A stretch of DNA of 54,911 nt, the filler included, from Catajapyx aquilonaris (Eukaryota): NCBI GenBank assembly GCA_000934665.2. It is 2 parts of 2 records of this genome, joined end to end, with 100 filler letters (N's around TTAATTAATTAA, not from the genome) between each part and the next. Parts side by side here need not be neighbours in the genome. Positions count along the whole stretch, not along the records: positions 27,661 to 54,911 come from JYFJ02005085.1; 1 more part is not named here. One strand, 5' to 3'. Both the position numbers and the translations under genes were made by a program. Below the pieces are notes generated by a model. That model did not search any database. It was not told the DNA's origin and worked only from the letters and a program-made list of their open reading frames with translations. This document shows, one piece after another, positions 51,332 to 54,911 of the stretch. The first letter of the stretch is position 1. Each line of letters opens with the position of its first letter.

Positions 51332-51406
51332 GTCTCCTTGGCTGACGCCATGAAAGCGAAAGCTCGTCTCACCATCGGCGGAGGAAGAGATTTCGAATCA
51401 GAGAGG
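51332..51406 (+). CDS. GluRIA: AMPA-type receptor C-tail exon: VSLADAMKAKARLTIGGGRDFESER
   Basis: Acceptor CATTTCAG, phase 0-0, donor AGG|GTATGT; resembles the GluA2-long/GluA4 tail motif (DAMRNKARLSI). Confidence 0.9.
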
Positions 51407-52614
51407 GTATGTACGAGCTACTTCATTGCCTTTTTTTCCCAAACGTGATGTGTCCAGCGGATTTTGAAATATTGTGGCTGGATAAAGGCCCACTTGCACA
51501 AACGCTACTCTAACCTACTTGTTAGATGTCCACACCACGTACAGTAGACCTTTCACGCAGGGTTCATGCTTCGTCCTTGAGGTTGGATGAAGAAGTAGGT
51601 CCGAAATATCAAGTGAAAAGCACGGAGGGATGCGACCGGTGGGGTGTCAAAGAAACGTGAGCACCAGCGTAACTGGCGTAGCGCCAGTGTGAATGGGTTA
51701 CTCAAGTGCCCATCGGAATATTTGTTTATTAAAGATTTGGCGGGACTTACCGAACGGACTTTTTACCTGGTTTTGCACGTAAGTGCAGTATGTCACACTC
51801 AAACAAAACGACTTATTCGCATACCGGTACATGTTTATGAGGTCTTATTAAAGTGACCGTATTTTACACCATTCTGCCGCCCTGGACTTACACCAAAAAA
51901 GGCTTCCAAGGGTAAAAGAGCAAGGGTAATAATTCTTTCAGTGCTGAATTTTCCAAAAATTTAGGTTTTCTTTGCCTTTACTGCAGTATAACAAATTTGA
52001 GTATAAGTACTGTAAATCAGTTATAAACAATATTATAACAAGAGTCGAGTGTACTAAAAATGCAGTGTGGTAAATTGAGGACAGCTGGAGAGGAAAAAGA
52101 GAATAAGAAAAAGGAGACTATACACTATATTGTTATTTTCATCACATTTTCCCTTCACATGACAAAGCCAGCAATGGTCGTTTCTTGTCTAACTGTAAGT
52201 CGGCTTAAGGGACAATAGACGATCGGAAAAAAGAAGCACCTTAATATTGGTATTGATGGAAGAATTTTTGCTGATAGGATTTTAGGAACATTTCTAAAAA
52301 TCTATACTGGCAGACAAAATTTTTGGGAATGTGCCTTTCCCTTACTAGGACTAATCGCAGTAACAAATGGCAACAAAATTGACAACAGCGTTTTTACGGC
52401 ATAAGAGTGAAGAATGTTTTATTTGTTATACATGTATTTGCGATAATACCTCATTAGCACATTAATATTTAGCATTTGGGCAAGTTGGGGTAAATGCGTA
52501 TATGGGTAAAGTGTATATTTACTTCCAATATACGGCACAAGGTGGCAGGAACTATCGAAAATCACGTAAATGTTCACGACGACTTCTGCCTACTCGGCTA
52601 AAAGTAGCACAGTC

Positions 52615-52693
<79 letters not shown>

Positions 52694-52801
52694 ACATCGA
52701 TAAATAATGGCCGTCGAGCTAAAGCTGGTGTTTTAACTTCCCGGCGAGTGAGTAAGCATCTTCTGCTAAAATTCTGACGAGTCTTGTATCTCATGCTGCA
52801 T

Positions 52802-53076
52802 CACACAGAAAAATAAGCGCATCAGATGCATTTTACATGCATCATTTGAAACACCAGATTGTTTCAAATGACGTCAGACGTCGCCATGTTGCTTAGTAAA
52901 TGCATGTGAGGTGAATAATAGTTTACGATGCAGCAAATACGCATCAGCAAAATGCATTTCAGGTGCATCAGCAAGGATGTATTATTTCTGTATAATGCAC
53001 CCTTAGTGTTTCACCCCCCGGACAAAATATTATGCATCAAAGATGTCTCATTGTTATGCACTTATTTTTCTGTGTG
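52802..53076. mobile_element. CAC...GTG-ended MITE
   Basis: CACACAGAAAAATAAGCGCAT / TGCACTTATTTTTCTGTGTG. Confidence 0.75.
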
Positions 53077-53265
53077 ACACGGACACTTCGGAGTAAGCTG
53101 AACATTGACAAGTGTCCATACCATTTCCGCGCCGAAAGTACTGTACATTGTTATATACATATCTTCATTTTATTTCCACGCTAACATATTGTCTGATTCA
53201 GTATTCATGGAAAAGGAAACAACAAAATATGACATGCCTCGATTGAGAATTTCAAAGGATATTAA

Positions 53266-53861
53266 CCCTTAATTGGTATCGTGGGGTCCTTTTTGGACCC
53301 CAGGGTATACTTATGGCACCACCTTGAAGCAGGTTTTTGTCAAAATGAAAATTCCCACGCCTATATTCCTGAAATATACTCTTTCGCACCTGAAAAAAAT
53401 TATGAGCGACGAAAAAAATTTTGAATGGGAGTTAACGTCATTTAAACGGTCACTAGTCGTCTTGGGGTCCAAAAAGGACCCCACGTTACCAGTTAGCGAC
53501 CAGTTTTTTCCGACCCTAAAAAATAGACACGGCAAATTCATGATGTAGCAAGCATAAAAAATCGCAGAGGTGTAAAAAAAATTATCTATGTATAGTATTG
53601 TAAGGAGACTACCATTACAGCTGCTGGGTCACTTATATGAGATACGGGTAAACAGTAAACACCGCCTCATCAGTCAACCAAGGGTCAGAGGAGGTCAAAA
53701 AATTTTTCTATCTGCCACTTATAGTCCCGGCCGAATTTAGGAATCATTTATATTTTGATTTTTTTGTTAATGTAAGTTTGTAATCGAAAAAACGACGTGG
53801 GGTCCAAAAAGGACCCCACGATACCAGTTAAGCATGGCTAAATGAGGATGCCAGTTAAGGG
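53266..53861. mobile_element. piggyBac-type MITE related to 30384-30637
   Basis: TTAA|CCCTTAA ... TTAAGGG|TTAA; repeated palindrome GTGGGGTCCTTTTTGGACCCC. Confidence 0.8.
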
Positions 53862-54911
53862 TTAAGGTTATGCCTTGATCCCACTGGAAAAAGGCAAGGG
53901 TCTAATCACTTATAATGGGGGGAAGTAGGGAAGAATGTGGAGATTGGCACCCCTGAAATCGATGGCAAAATTATTACCGGAAGCGGGTAGGACGAAATGA
54001 TGGGCGGATGTTAGACGAGATGAGCAATAATTATCCTATCCGCTGCTTGATGAGGAACACCAGACTGAAACTGCACGAGATATCTCAGTGGGGAGCAAAT
54101 GATGGAGGCAAAGAGATAAACCTATTCCGACCCGGCCATCCCATGCCTCACCCACCGGCCAGAAATTTCGCGTCTCCGACTTTGGCAACTAGTTTTTTCG
54201 CATCATCAAGAACTCATTTGGGCACTATTTGCATTCAGTAAACTTGAAATGATGACCCGGTATAACTTGACCTAATTTTTGTAATACGTTCGTTCCAAGG
54301 GCATGAATTCCGTGACTGGCATTTGTCACTTAGGCATCTGGATGAATAAAGATTATGAAAATTAATGTGCAAATTTTTCGTACCTTTGGCTAACGAAATT
54401 CCTGTGTCCATTTAAGCGATTCGGTTCTTCAGCAAATTAAACTCAAAAATTCAGAAATAGTAGCCTATTAATTCCAAATACCGTAAGCTAACGCTTCTGA
54501 ACTGTGGGATATTCGTTTATCTTTCATAATGCTCATCGGTACTTATTTCTAATCTAATATATACAGGGTGTAAATGAATTCGATCGACAAACTTGTAGGG
54601 GTGATAGAGGGGACCAAGACAAGTATTTTTGACATAGGAACCCGTGTCCGGAAACGCCATCTAGAGGGGGTTCATAGACAAGGAACGGGTGTGCTCAGAC
54701 GCGTCAGGAGGGGGCGCTAGGCGAGCGGACTGTTTTGTTGATAGAGGACTCGCAGTTGCTGCCAGGTTATGGCATATCGCGTCGTCGTAAGCAAACAACG
54801 ATGTGATACACCACAACATGGCAACAACAGAACCGTTGTTTACTCTCCACGCGTTTCCTAGGAGGCGTACTTTAGTTGCCAGATGGCTCTGTTGTTGCCA
54901 GGTTATGGCAC

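Overview
Invertebrate (probably arthropod) genomic DNA, dense in transposons, with an artificial 100-bp scaffold linker at 27561-27660. Right of the linker are four spliced + strand exons (29636-29880, 31113-31221, 41967-42101, 51332-51406). They encode the S2 ligand-binding lobe, M4 and start of the C-tail of an AMPA-type, Drosophila GluRIA/IB-like ionotropic glutamate receptor; its upstream and terminal exons were not found in the window. Left of the linker is a complete two-exon minus-strand gene (18489-18339 + 16469-16375), missed by the ORF track, for an 81-aa single-pass membrane protein with a highly basic tail. The rest is nested mobile DNA: mariner and Tc1 derivatives rebuilt from two 5' ends, a FLYWCH-bearing Mutator-like element, Helentron/DINE-like elements, many MITEs, an RNase H-containing R1/LOA-like LINE, a V-domain SINE and a tRNA-SINE family with three interchangeable tails. 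CpG density shifts sharply from depleted (1-9 kb) to normal. Most ORFs in the supplied track are spurious. All calls were made by eye without database searches.
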